This document shows, one piece after another, positions 23,280 to 36,582 of a stretch of DNA of 64,000 nucleotides. Numbering within the stretch: the first letter of the stretch is position 1; every line of letters starts with the position of its first letter. This DNA is from Octopus sinensis (Eukaryota), in the NCBI RefSeq assembly GCF_006345805.1, contig NC_043003.1, positions 6,138,001-6,202,000 of the forward strand, written 5' to 3'. The position numbers and the translations under genes are program-made. The notes below the pieces were generated by a model that saw only the letters and a program-made list of their open reading frames with translations, was not told the DNA's origin and did not search any database.

Positions 23280-24531
23280 TTAAGTTGTCGGGAAAGTTCT
23301 GAGCGTTTTTTAATATACAAAATGGATATAACTAATTGACCTTTCAATAAATTTTATATAATGAAATAATTTCGGTTATTATTAATGACCTTTACCCATC
23401 TAGCAAGCAATTTAAATATTTCATCAGCATAAAATTTGACTGGTTTCGAATAAAAAAGTTATCTAGGTGTATTTTGACTCCATCTAAATCGTTAAATGTT
23501 TTTCCTTGCAATGGATTCTGTAGAGACAAAAACAAGTGGAAGTCGGATGGTGCAATATCGGGTGAATATGGTGGATGGGATAAGAGATTCCAGCCAAGTT
23601 CATGTAACTTTGTTCGGGTAGCCAAAAACACATGTGGTTGGAACACTACCCCTTTCCTGTAGGCAATCTCCAGCATCAATTCTTTGGTTTTTAGGTTCAA
23701 ATTAGCCAGCTGATGACAGTCCACATCAGAATTAATGACCTGGTTTCATTAGAGAAGCTCATTAATATTGCCTTTATGATCCCATCAAACACAGAGCATG
23801 GCTTTTTTGGCATGGATATTCGTCTTTCGTTGCTGTTTTGGGGGACCCTTGCGCAAACTCCACGATCTTTTCCACACTACGTTTCCGTACACAATCCATT
23901 TTTCATCTCCAGTCACATGTTTCAAAAAAAGGCATGCTTTCATTCCTTTTCAAAAGAATATCACAAACGGAACAGCGGTCCAAACAATTCTTTTCTGAGA
24001 GTTTCTGAGGGTCCCACACATTATAACGAGAAATGTACTCTGGTTTCACTAGGTATTCACGAGCCGTACTGTTAGAAACTTCCAACTCCTCTGCAAGTTC
24101 TCTAGTCATGATATTTGAGTTTTCTTCGATTTTTGCCTTCAAAACATCTTCATCCAAATTGAAGGTCTTCCACTGCGTCTGCCATCTTCCAAGCTAAACT
24201 CTCCAGCTTCAAATTTTGCAGACCACTTTTGAACAGTTGATTCACCTACAGCATCATCATCATCACCATAATCTTCGCAAATGTTTTTTTTTTTTTTCAA
24301 GACTTTGCGGCATTTTCTCCTTTTGTAAAAAAGAAAAGCATTACAACGCGACTATCAAATTTCTCGTTATCCATTTCAAAAGGGGAACCGGAATGAAAGA
24401 TAAATCTGTTTTTAGTCAGGAACAAAGAGGAGATGCAATACGACTTCAAGCAACGGCAAAGTTTTAACTGTGTTCAATGAAGCGTTAAAAGACTTAGCTT
24501 TAAAACGCTCAGAACTTCCCGGACAACCTTA
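23280..24531 (-). mobile_element. Full-span mariner transposon with a dead transposase
   Basis: ~30 bp TIRs (ttaagttgtcgggaaagttctgagcgtttt / aaaacgctcagaacttcccggacaacctta) with TA flanks; WDPQKL (WVPHEL-like), LHELGWNLLSHPPYSPDIAPSDFHLF; frameshifted. Confidence 0.93.
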
Positions 24532-24538
24532 TATATAT

Positions 24539-24939
24539 ACTAGCAGTATCGCCCGGCGTTGCTCGGGTTTGTAAGGGAAATAACTATATAAGCATTTTTA
24601 GAGATGTAAAGTATAATAGCCATCTCAATATGGCTAACAACAAAGGGGAGGGGTGTTACTGTAGCTTTTTACGTTCTGAGATTTAATAATAAATTTTTAA
24701 AGAGTTACTTCCCTTATATATGCCAAAAATGCATTAAAGATGGGAAAAATTGATGGTAATTTTTTTTTTTTAATCGTAGACTCATCGTAGAACCGCGCTA
24801 ATACCCAGAAGGGCTCGATATGAATCACGTCTATAAGATACCCGGTTTTGGTTAAACTGCACCGCAAAATGTGGGAGTAGTTAGGAATCTAAATCGTAGG
24901 AGACAGACAGCACACAACCTCACTTTTATATATAAAGAT
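24539..24939 (+). mobile_element. Helentron-associated (DINE/HINE-like) non-autonomous element
   Basis: 5' actagcagtatcgcccggcgttgctcgggtttg hairpin; 3' cacttttatatataaagat. Confidence 0.65.
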
Positions 24940-25570
24940 ATATATATATATATATATATATTCTACCAAATATATACGTTTTTATTATTGTTTTGCAATT
25001 TACTTAATCATCGATATATTATTGTTATTTTAATTTCAATATTTCTATTATATGTAAATTTTTTCATGGTGTATTTTAATTGTTCATTTAGAATTGATAA
25101 AAGGTGTTTTTTCTAATTTATATATATATACCTACATACATATGGAAAGAGACAGACAGACATACATGCATGCATACATATGTGTATGTATGTATGTATA
25201 TGTATAATATATATATATATGTATATTATATATACATACATACATACATAAGAATACATTTACATTTATAAACACACACACATACACAATGCAGTCGTAG
25301 TTGAATGCTTGTGCATCATCCGAAAGCTTCATTGGAGTTTCAAATAAAATTACGCTTCATGTTTGAAACAGATTCATTGCAGCCTACAGCAGCAACAAGT
25401 GTAAGCGAATGTAGTTCGGAACATAAACTCGTATTTCTTCGTCTTTCTAATTTCTTATCACCCCCTGTACTCGTCTGACGCTTCGTTCTGAAACATCAGT
25501 ATACTGAGTTCCAGCACCAGGTTGCGACTATCGCTATCTCTCAGCGAAATAATAAAATCTATATACATAT

Positions 25571-25606
<36 letters not shown>

Positions 25607-25607
<1 letters not shown>

Positions 25608-25975
25608 CTAGCACTATGACCCGGCAACACCGGGTCATAGTGCTAGTGCATGCATATACTGCGTGCGTGTGCACATACACACGAGTACTGTCCAAATCTT
25701 TTTGACCAATCACATACTGCTAGCTGGCATTCAATTGGCGTATCAAATTTCGGGCATTTTGATTGGGTTATGGATAGAAAATTCACCAAAACAGTCGCTT
25801 CTATTGATTCTTTAATGGCTTTGCGGGGTGACTGGGGAAATGTAAAGATGTGCATGGCCACCTTTGGACGGTTTTGAATGACCATAGAAAGTGCAAGCCC
25901 TCTAACTGAAAAATTGTGGATTTGTATAAAGGACACACACACACACAGGCATTTTGCCGTTTATATATATAGAGA
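25607..25975 (+). mobile_element. Helentron-associated-like element with a perfect 18 bp terminal hairpin
   Basis: actagcactatgacccgg-caaca-ccgggtcatagtgctagt (25607-25647); 3' gtttatatatatagagat. Confidence 0.55.
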
Positions 25976-26214
25976 TATATATATATATATATATACGTTT
26001 TTATGTGCGTGTGCGGTGGTGGTGTTGGTAGTTTCTAGCTGTTGTATATCCGTTAGAGAAAAGGCCAATGAACATACAAGACATTACCTTACACGTCATA
26101 TTCCTTTTAAGATGGTACGATGAGGAGTGGCATCTGGCTGCTATCTTTAGCATGCCTAGCTATCACGGACATGCTCCTCTTTGGTTAACAAAAACTGTGT
26201 TATGAGATAATTAC

Positions 26215-26543
<329 letters not shown>

Positions 26544-27049
26544 GGGGAGTCCCGAACTACTCCACCAACTCCGCCAATGAAGTTCACTCTCTTACGCTTG
26601 ATGACGTCATAGTTCCTGTTATCTTGGTCCGTTCATCTCTGATCATAACACCACCACAGGCCAGCCTAACCACCACCACCATCGTGGGCCGAAAGCTACC
26701 ACACCCTACCACGAGCAAACACTATCTTTTGAACACGCGTTTATATATGTGTCTGTGGGTGCAGAGAGGTGTCATGCTATAATTTTATAGTCATACACAT
26801 GTGTGTGTGTGTGTGTGTGTGTATCGATCTATGCATCTCTCCTTCAATGTACGTATGTATATATCTGTCAGTGTATATGTACACATACGCCCACATAGAA
26901 AGAGAAACATACATGCGTGTGTATACGGATATGTGTTTATATATGCATATAGATATATACATGCATACATACACAATATGATATCATCAATTAGGGAAAA
27001 CTTGGGGACTCGATCTAATTAAATAAGAAGAATAATAATGCCATAACCA

Positions 27050-27050
<1 letters not shown>

Positions 27051-27097
<47 letters not shown>

Positions 27098-27145
27098 AAG
27101 AAGAAGAAGAAGAAGAAGAAGAAGAAGAAGAAGAAGAAGAAGAAG
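27051..27145. repeat. (TAG)n(AAG)n microsatellite
   Basis: Direct reading. Confidence 0.97.
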
Positions 27146-27288
27146 GGTGTATGTAACAGCGACAGAATGTCTACACAATAATAAACATCACAGCAACTTC
27201 AAACACAGCTTCAACATGGGTGCCTCATTGTCTAACAAGAATTAATATTATTAACAATATTAACAATTAAAATTATTATTATCATAAC

Positions 27289-27495
27289 GGCGGCGAGCTG
27301 GCAGAGTCGTTAGCACGCTAGACGAAATGTTTAGCGGTATTTCGCCCGACGCTACGTTCTGAGTTCAAATTCAGCCGTGGTCGACTTTTTCTTTCATCCT
27401 TTCCGGGGCCAGTAAATTAAGCACCAGTGAAACACTGGGGTGGATGCAATCGTCTTATCCCCTTCATCCAAAAATAGTTGACTTTGCGGCAAAAT
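27289..27495 (+). mobile_element. SINE family B head/core with a different 3' end
   Basis: ggcggcgagctggcagagtcgttagcacgc...gttctgagttcaaattc...ctttcatcctttccggg. Confidence 0.8.
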
Positions 27496-27717
27496 TTGAA
27501 ATCATTATTATTATATGTTTGGTTTTTGCTTTGTATTTGTACAAGTTGGCTCCAAGTCTCACTCAAGAGACAAGTTCATGTTGGTGTTATGAATAGAGTG
27601 CCATATATTTGGTTTTGCACAGAATATTGTTCTAGAGGATGTCTGTCAAAACATAAGTAAATTAGAAGTTTGTTTTAATTTGATTATAAAATTATTATTA
27701 TTATTATTATTATTATC

Positions 27718-27956
27718 TTTTTTTCTTCTTTCAAATTTGCTTCCATTTCTTGTCGAGTGTCTTCCCGACTCCTAGGGCAAATAAACTCATAGTATACATT
27801 GGTAGGCCATTAAACTAAACTCACTAATTCGTTCATTTTTTTTTTAAGTTAAATTAAAATACATGGGTAGTAATAGTTCTCACATCGACAATGCTCTTCT
27901 CAATACGTGTGATGTACCAGTTAAGACAATCTTTTGCACTTCTTGCAGGGATGGTA
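27718..27956 (-). mobile_element. R4/Dong-clade RLE LINE 3' end, (TAA)n on both sides
   Basis: IPSLQEVQKIVLTGTSHVLRRALSM-stop. Confidence 0.75.
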
Positions 27957-27965
27957 TTATTATTA

Positions 27966-28027
<62 letters not shown>

Positions 28028-28368
28028 CACTCAATAGATTAAACTTCTGGAAAAGAAAAGAATCCTAACATAGGGCTACAACAAGTAACCTTAAAAAGCC
28101 GAGAACCCTCTTAATCATTCCTAGCTGTCCCTAATAACACTGTTTTCTGCAGCTGTACTAAACTAGGTTTTACGCCTATTTCCTCAATCCATCTGTTCAG
28201 ATCTTTAGGGATAGTTCCTAATGCACCTATAACTACTGGGATGCATTTTACCCGCACTTTCCATAGTCTCTATAATTCGATAGCTAGGTCCTGGTACTTT
28301 GCTATTTTTTAATAATTTTTTCATCATTTGGAACTGTAAAGTCAATTATCTGGCACGTTCTACTGCTT
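28028..28368 (-). mobile_element. R4/Dong-clade RLE LINE 3' end, (TAA)n on both sides
   Basis: TCQIIDFTVPND...AKYQDLAIEL.RLWKVRVKCIPVVIGALGTIPKDLNRWIEEIG...LQKTVLLGTAR. Confidence 0.88.
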
Positions 28369-28373
28369 TATTA

Positions 28374-28427
<54 letters not shown>

Positions 28428-28446
28428 TATTATTATTATTATTACT

Positions 28447-29010
28447 TTTAATCTGCATGTTTCTTACAGTCACTTGCCGAGACACACCCAGTGTCCTGGG
28501 GCGAGTGAAGGATAAGAGATGTTACAGTATGACTGAAAGATTGGGGAGGGGAAGTAGTGAAATATCTCCACGTAATACAACACAGACATTTAAATGGATA
28601 GTGTTTTTCAAAAGATATGGGCAGTACTTGTCAGGACAATCTTTTGGATTTCTCTTGAGGCATGGTTCTCTTGTGATCTTATGTAGATGTTTCCGACATC
28701 CCTTTTTTTATTATACCTAGGGCATCTCCAATGACAGGAACAGTTCTCTTTTCAAGATGCCACATCTTTTGTATTTCAGTTTCCAGGTATTTCAATATAC
28801 CTTGTCAAATTCCTTGGCTGATATATTTTTATCAGTGGGAACACTTAGATTTATTAGTCTACAAGTTTTTTTCTTCTCTGTCTTTAATGACTATGTCTGG
28901 TCGATTAGCTTGGATCATTCTGTCAGTGTTCAACGACTGGCTCAGGATGATGTTCATACCAGTAAGCAGGGGTTCTGATTTTGTAGTCTTTACATTTTTT
29001 CCTCTGTAAA
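28447..29010 (-). mobile_element. R4/Dong-clade RLE LINE 3' end
   Basis: WYEHHPEPVV...TDRMIQANRPDIVIKDREEKTC.LI..SVPTDKNISAKEFDK...EIQKMWHL...VPVI..ALG..KKG...EIQKIVLTSTAHI. Confidence 0.88.
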
Positions 29011-29589
29011 TGCTGTTCTACTCTATCATGGCGATTTTTGCAGCCACTGGGCCATTGCGCCTCCACTCCTGTTGCTGTTGTTTAGCTACAACTCTTGTTG
29101 GGTAAACAAGAATATACGTCTTGATCAAACCAATTTTTTTTTGACAGTACACTACCCAATGTCTCCTCGTTGCGTTCAAAAATCTATGATCTCAAAGAGG
29201 TTTTTGCTGCTATTTCTAGCAGACAGACCCCATAAACGTTCCCCTACGGGCATGTTGTTGTTGTTGTTATAACTTGTTACACATTTTCCAGAAAATGGTA
29301 GTATTTTTTCCAAAAAGAGCGTACTTCCTGTTGTAGACCCCCTACTTACGAATGTGGCCCCTATTTGGAATATATCCATAATTCCTGATGTATCCGTTTA
29401 GTTTTGGAGGTGTCCCCATACTTTCTTACAGTTCCCTATACTTCATATCACCATCAGCTATCGCCCCACCCCTCACTCTTCTCTATCGTCCCCACACAAC
29501 CCTTTCCTCACCCAACTCCTCCAGACATCTTGCCTCCAAAGATTTCCTTTAATTATTCTGTTAATCAATAATTATATCTCTAGTTTCTT

Positions 29590-29965
29590 TGTTATTATCA
29601 TTATGTAACCATCATCACCATTGTTATTTTCATCGTCATCGTCGTCGTCATTGTCGACATCGTAATCACTATCATCATCACCATTGTCATCATTATCATC
29701 TTCAATATCATCATCACAACCACCACCAACACCGTCGTCATCATCATCTTACATGCAAGCAACTCAAGCCGCCATTTTGCTGTACATCCTTTTTTCTATA
29801 AATGGTCCTATCTGATTTCAGGCAGATTTGCTTGCTATTAATTCCTTAAGTTCGCTATCATCATCATCATCATCATCATTATCCCTATCACCATCACCAT
29901 CAACAACAACAGCACCACCACCACCATCATCGTCGTCATTATCATCTTCACCCTCATCAGCAGCA
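29590..29965. repeat. Degenerate (CAT)n/(CAC)n trinucleotide region
   Basis: Direct reading. Confidence 0.85.
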
Positions 29966-29974
29966 AAAGCAGTG

Positions 29975-30350
29975 GAAAGTGCAATAGCCCAGTGGTTAGG
30001 GCAGAGGACTCGCGGTCGGAGGATCGCGGTTTCGATTCCCAGATCGGGAGTTGTGTGTGTTTATTGAGCGAAAACTCCTAAAGCTCCACGAGGCTCAGGC
30101 AGGGGGTGGTGGCGACCCCTGTTGTACTCTTTCGCTACAACTTTCTATCACTCTTTCTTCCTGTTTCTTGTCCCCGACTTCCTACGCCACCGCTGAACCT
30201 GGATGCGCATTCATCCATCCGTCGATGCTCTCGGTGTCGGGGGGGGGGGGTTGACCTGCTTTCTCTTCTGCGAGTCTTACGAATAGCAAAAGGACCACGT
30301 TTTGGACTTCTCCCAGGGACGAAGACCGCTTCGCTCAACAGCATCAGCAA
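29975..30350 (+). mobile_element. tRNA-headed SINE family C, full length
   Basis: Colinear with 36873-37240 and 43271-43649; ends cgcttcgctcaac(agc/aac)n. Confidence 0.9.
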
Positions 30351-30786
30351 CAACAGCAGCAAAAGCAGCAGCAGCTGCCTCATCATCATCATCATCACCA
30401 TTCTTATCACCATTCTAAAAACATCCTCAGATTTGTTATTCCAACAAACAAGGATGATTTTCCTGAATCCCTTCTTTCCACCATTGCATTCGACTCATAC
30501 TGTATTCTCTTTAACTTTATTTGCTTTGTTTTCGAGGAGATGCATCGCACATTCATGTATTCAATTGCTAAACGCATCACATTTTGACACTTTTAATGAT
30601 TTATCTACAAAACCACTTGTATCTTCATGTCTTCAGGATTATATGAGTAAAGAACCCTACAAGAAAGCCGTGTACACTGAACACGACGTTTTAGTGACTA
30701 ATTTGATGTTTTACTTGTAAGAACATATATTGCTCATTAAGGGAGAAACCTGCTATTTTAGCTTAGATGGAAATTACTCAGTATAT

Positions 30787-31181
30787 ATTTCTTTACTACC
30801 CACAAGGGGCTAAACACACGGGGACAAACAAGGACAGACAAACGGATTGAGTCGATTACATCGACCCCAGTGCGTAACTGGTACTTATTCAATTGACCCC
30901 GAAAGGATGAAAGGCAAAGTCGACCTCGGCGTAATTTGAACTCAGAACGTAATGACAGACGAAATACCTATTTCTTTATTACCCACAAGGGGCTAAACAC
31001 AGAGGGGACAAACAAGGACAGACATAGGTATTAAGTCGATTACATCGACCCCAGTGCGTAACTGGTACTTAATTTATCGACCCCGAAAGGATAAAAGGCA
31101 AAGTCGACCTCGGCGGAATTCGAACTCACAACGTAACGCAGACGAAATACGTGCTAACGTTTCTGCCAGCTCGCCGCCTTT
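30787..31181 (-). mobile_element. SINE family B: one head plus two tandem bodies, 17 bp TSD
   Basis: TSD gaaattactcagtatat at 30770-30786 and 31182-31198; body junction identical to the 14195 copy. Confidence 0.92.
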
Positions 31182-31562
31182 GAAATTACTCAGTATATTT
31201 GAAAGTATTTGAAAGCATTGACAACACCCGATGTTTTATTCGAAACTGACAAAGGTTGCAATACGATTGGCGCACTACAGCACTTTCTTGAGTTAAAGTA
31301 AGATAACACGTGATATATAATGAACCAATTGAAGGTCAAACGTGTTTTCAAACGGTTTTTAGTAATTAATCCACTCTCAATGACTAATTATACTTCGGTG
31401 TGTTTTTAAATATTATTTCTTTATATAATGTCACTCTACTTCCATACGTACATTGTATAAATAATTAGTAACGAAAACCTAAAAAGAATTATATTGTTTT
31501 TAATCAGAAGTTACAAAGTGACTCAAGAACCAAGAGTCTCGTGCAAAGACGTATAAATATAT

Positions 31563-31790
31563 ATACCTATTTCATTACTACCCACAAGGGGCTAAACACA
31601 CAGAGGGGACAAACAAGGACAGACAAACGGATTAAGTCTATTATATCGACCCCAGTTCGTAACTGGTACTTATTTAATCGACCCCGAAAGGATGAAAGTC
31701 GACCTCGGCGGAATTTGAACTCAGAACGTAGCGACAGACAAAATACCGGTAAGCATTTCACCCGGCGTTCTAACGTTTCTGCCAGCTCGC
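31563..31790 (-). mobile_element. SINE family B monomer
   Basis: Same head and body; 3' end reads gaaataggtat. Confidence 0.9.
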
Positions 31791-31830
31791 GTGTGTAGAT
31801 ATACCACACACGCACACACACACACACATA

Positions 31831-33008
31831 CAGGGTGCGTCAGGTTTTTGAGGACACCTCATTCAAGAGCTCTTTCTCCTAACCTATTTTTTAACCTTAA
31901 TTTTCTCATGAATAATGTCAGACATCAGGTTGACTCAACAAATGGAAAAGTACGCTGTAATCGTTGCCTTAAAAGCGCTGCATGGTGATAGAGAAAAATC
32001 CCACTTCCTGAAAGTTGCCTGACCCTTCGTTGTCGAAAGGAGCTGGAGCTGTTGACAGGTATCAGGTATCAGCAGTGAAACGCAAAACGCAAGTAGAGGG
32101 TCTTAATAACATCACAGCACATAACTTTGTACAAAAAATCTAAAAAAATAATCGATTAAAAATCCGGAAAATCAATCAGAGCCATTGCAAAAGACCTCAG
32201 GGTTTCGGAATGTACCATCAGAAGAGTTGTGCATGAAGACATCAGACACAAGTCGTATGTGATTCAGAAGGGTCGCTTTATGTTGGATGTGACAAGGGAG
32301 AAGCCAAGAAGCTGGAATGCTTTGGTTTTTCTTCGATGAGAAAAGCTTTGATAAGGACCAAAAGTTAAACCGAAGAAACGACAGATGGTTATGAAGAGAC
32401 CCTAATGAAGAGACCCTAATGAAGTTCCAACGCTCGTGCTTTCTAAGTTCCCAGTAATTGCCATGATTCTGGGAGTCGTCAGCAACGAATGAGTGCTCAT
32501 GCCTGCTATTTTTTCTTACAGAGCTTAAGAGTCAGTGTCACTGTCTACACAACGGTACTGCAGAAAGTAATGAGGCCTTGAATAGACAGAACACGCAACA
32601 GAAGGCCGTATGTCTTCCAATAAGACTGCACAGTCTCGTAAAGTTAGAGATGTGTACCAACCTCTATGATCAGGTCCTCTCAGGTACATGGCCCCCTAGG
32701 TCACCGAAATATTTCGTAGGGGGCGTAGTGGAGAGAGAGGTCAATCAACACCGCCATAACACCATGAAATCTTTCAATTCCACCATAGTCTGCACAATGT
32801 TCAAAATAAAGACTATCTGATTAGGACATGTTAAAGCTTCCAAACCCTTATTGAAGGAACCATTGATGCTAACGGTGGATTCCTTCAATGGATGGGGTAA
32901 AGGGATTCTCAAGATTATTTGCACCAATTTGTTTTCAAATACAACTTTTCTTTGATGAGTTATGTTTCTTTTTCTAACTTGATACAAATGACCTCAAATA
33001 ACCTACGC
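31831..33008 (+). mobile_element. maT/Tc1-type (DD37D-like) DNA transposon, degenerate
   Basis: TA-cagggtgcgtcaggtttttgaggac left end; partial right TIR gacctcaaataacctacgc; FFDEKSFDKDQKLNRRNDRW, MILGVVSNE, PYVFQ.D, WPPRSP...GVVEREVNQHRHNT. Confidence 0.82.
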
Positions 33009-33011
33009 GGT

Positions 33012-33090
33012 TTGCATTGTGTACCGTTGACGAATTTTTCCTCCGTCTTCCCTTCTTTGGATCTTTCCGTTTCCTATGTTTCTGACGAAA
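33012..33090 (+). mobile_element. Penelope-like terminal repeat P2 fragment, truncated just after a canonical CTGACGA core (33082-33088)
   Basis: Reverse complement of 47044-47112. Confidence 0.6.
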
Positions 33091-33334
33091 CATATATATG
33101 TGAGTGTTTGTGGGGGGATTATGTATGTATGTATGTATGTATGCATGTATGTATGTATGTATGTATGTATGATGTATGTATGTATGTATGTATGTTTGTA
33201 TGTATGTATGTATGTATGTATGTATGTATGTATGTATGTATGCACAGATATGCACGCAGATACAAGGAGACAGACAGAAAAATAAAGAATTAGAGATTTT
33301 CATAATTCTAGATGCGCCAATGATGAACTTAGAT

Positions 33335-33395
33335 TAGGTAGGTAGGTAGGTAGGTAGGTAGGTAGGTAGGTAGGTAGGTAGGTAGGTAGGTAGGT
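33335..33395. repeat. (TAGG)n microsatellite
   Basis: Direct reading. Confidence 0.97.
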
Positions 33396-33399
33396 TCGC

Positions 33400-33610
33400 T
33401 TATTCTTTTATCGCTTTACTTGTGTCATCCATATGTCTGCGGTTATACAGGAGCACCACCGTAGCCTTTCTGAATACCTCAGTCTGAGGTTTCACATCAC
33501 CATTACTGTATAAAAAGCTGTTGGTCCATTTGGTGTATAAGGGAGTTTGATTCCGCTGCCCTCGTCTGCACCCCATGTTAGGCTGTTGGTTCATCCGGTA
33601 TTGTGGAGGG
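33400..33610 (-). mobile_element. CR1/L2-like LINE extreme 3' end
   Basis: LSTIPDEPT...NSLIHQM; matches 41490-41655; tail ggtggtgctcctgtataaccgcagacatatggatgacacaagtaaagcgataaaag. Confidence 0.8.
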
Positions 33611-33677
33611 GAGAATGTCTAGTTCCTTTTGAAGACATCTGCTTCCACGTTATGCATATATATATATTTATGTACAT

Positions 33678-33708
<31 letters not shown>

Positions 33709-34884
33709 CACACATACACGCACATATATATATATATACACACAGACATATGTATATATGTATGTATATCTGTGCGTAGGTTGTGTATGTGCATGAGTTT
33801 CGACATAAACTACTTTTATAACTCAATTTGTATTGAGTGCTACATTTTGTATTCTCGTAATCAAGCGTTGCGTATGCATGTGTGTGTGCACATGCATATA
33901 TATACATACACATCTTCATATACATATATTTATAAGTACATATATGTATACACATGCATACACACACAATAAGTCCATATACATATATATATATATACGT
34001 GTGTGTATGTATATGTCATTTTTCTTTCGTTGCTATCTGCTTAGATATTCACACCTTACCTCTATCACTCTAAGCAGTGTTTGAAGCTATCTCTTGCTGC
34101 ACAATTTTCAACACGAATCTCTCAAGCACTTAGTGAGATGCTACTCTTAAACAAGTGTCACCACTTCACTACATTGAAATCACACAAAAATAACACTAAA
34201 CAAACTGTGTGCACCTAGTTTGATAGCGACAAACCTGCTCAATTTTAATACGTTTAAAATTTGTAATTCTTAAATCGAATTAAAAGATATTTTACATACA
34301 GCCTCCGAGTTTAATTTCTATTTTTAAAAAAAAGCACCAGCTAAATGTGCTGTAATCGAAATTATCGTGGATTTTTACATTTTTATTTATTTTCTGTAAG
34401 ATAAAACAGGAAAATATAAAAAGATAAAAAAAGTCACTCATGTGATTATCCATAATTACTAAGTCAGAAAATAAAAATTGAAAAACTAACAGGAAAATAA
34501 TTCAAAATATAAAAAAAAATTTAAATTTCAAGATTGCCATATATAGGATATTTAATAAGATATTGCCAGTGATGTAATAATTCTGCAAAATGTGTGTTTT
34601 TTTAAAAAAATGACATGATTCTTCAGTTTGTTGTTTATGGCATACGCCAACCAAAATATATTGGCAGAGCTGGAAGCTAATTCCTTAAATTTCTTTAACA
34701 CATAACGCTCTTACCAAAGAGTGGTGTCTATGTAAATATTTGTGTATGTATTAATTTATATAAATATTGTCCAACAATATTTGAGTGTAGCTGTAGACAA
34801 TATATGTATATATACATACATACATATATATGTGTGTGTATGGCTAGATAGATCTCTATATATACATGTGTGTATGTGCATGTG

Positions 34885-34939
<55 letters not shown>

Positions 34940-35144
34940 TATATATATAGTGGTCAGTTGTACATAGGATCAGTAGAGAAGTACTCCATTCCAACGAGAG
35001 ACGAATATCATTTAATGACTATAGGATTTAACGTGAGCTACTTTAAGTTTCATGCTTGGATAATGCCGAAGCCCATCTGTCTTGTATAGTGTACCAGCAA
35101 TCGTTTAGTTACGCACAGACACGCACACACACACACACACACAT

Positions 35145-35253
<109 letters not shown>

Positions 35254-35764
35254 GTATATATAATATACGTATGTATATTTATGTCTATGCATTTTTGTGT
35301 TTAGTATGTGTGTATGCGTAAATGTTTGTGCAAGCTTGTACGGTTGAGTATACAAATTATTTTTTATACATGTAGAATATTTTGAAACTATGGCTGTATT
35401 GGAGTTTTGTCTTTAAAAAAAAAATTATAAATTTTTATCTTGTATAACTTCTTTGTAGCTTGTTTCGAGCACAAGATTTCACAAATTCATATTTTACATT
35501 ACATTATAAATATTTGCATGCGCTCCTTCCTTGTTTTTTATAGTGGAACTTAAAATATGCACCCATAGGTAAATACTTGCACGTATACATAGCTGTGTGT
35601 TTGTGTGTGTGCACACACACAAACAAACATGCGTGGCACACACTTATATGGTCGCACACACAAATATGTGCTTACATATACACGTGTACCTTGAATTCCA
35701 TTTTAAACACACACACACACATGTAAATACCCCATTCATTCCTTGTGTGAATATATATATATAT

Positions 35765-35880
35765 ATAGGGAGAGTTTACGAAAAAAAAACAAAAGATGAA
35801 GACAGATGGTGTACAAAACAAACCGATGTATTAGTATAACGCTCAGGAATAGAAAAAGAAAATAAAAAATAGAAAAATGC
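35765..35880 (-). mobile_element. Penelope-like terminal repeat P1 3' fragment at (TA)n
   Basis: Matches 45250-45340 and 1-62. Confidence 0.6.
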
Positions 35881-36503
35881 ATATGTATATATATATACAT
35901 ATGCATGTGTTTGTGCATACATATACACACACACACACTCACAACCGCACAAGCTTACACTTACTGAAATGCAGACACAGCCACACGCACATATTTGGAC
36001 ATGAGCAAGTATGTGCATACAGATAGTCTTTATTTAACTTTTATTTAACAAGAAAGCCAAAACCCATACACGTGTGCGCGCCAAAAATATACCACGATGT
36101 GCGAAAATGCACTAAAACACTTAGAAAAGTTCATACGTGTGCAAAGACAGGTGTCTGTATTTTTGTGGTACCTGTGACTTATCTACCCACGACGTCTCAT
36201 ATCGCCCATCTACCCAGATAGCCATGTATGGTCCATGTATCCCGACAATTATATGTGATTTCTACTTTTTAACCCCACTGATCTACTTTCACTTTTACTT
36301 AAAACTTCACAGAATTCTTCTCAGGAAATTCATTTTGTGTTGAATCACTTTAATTATATTTAAAAGAATTAATTACACTCAAGAGGTTTTAAATTGTTTA
36401 ATCAATTCTGTTCTCGAAATATAATTTTGTTTGTTCATTCATTTTGTCTTGTTTTTTAGTGTTGTTGTATTAATGAGGTTTTGTGATTACATATATCAAT
36501 CAG

Positions 36504-36582
<79 letters not shown>

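Noticed and set aside
29975-30050. tRNA-like sequences with A and B boxes (also 7228, 14195, 19533, 36873, 50057)
   Set aside because: They continue into shared SINE bodies and lack a complete acceptor stem, so they are SINE heads rather than tRNA genes.
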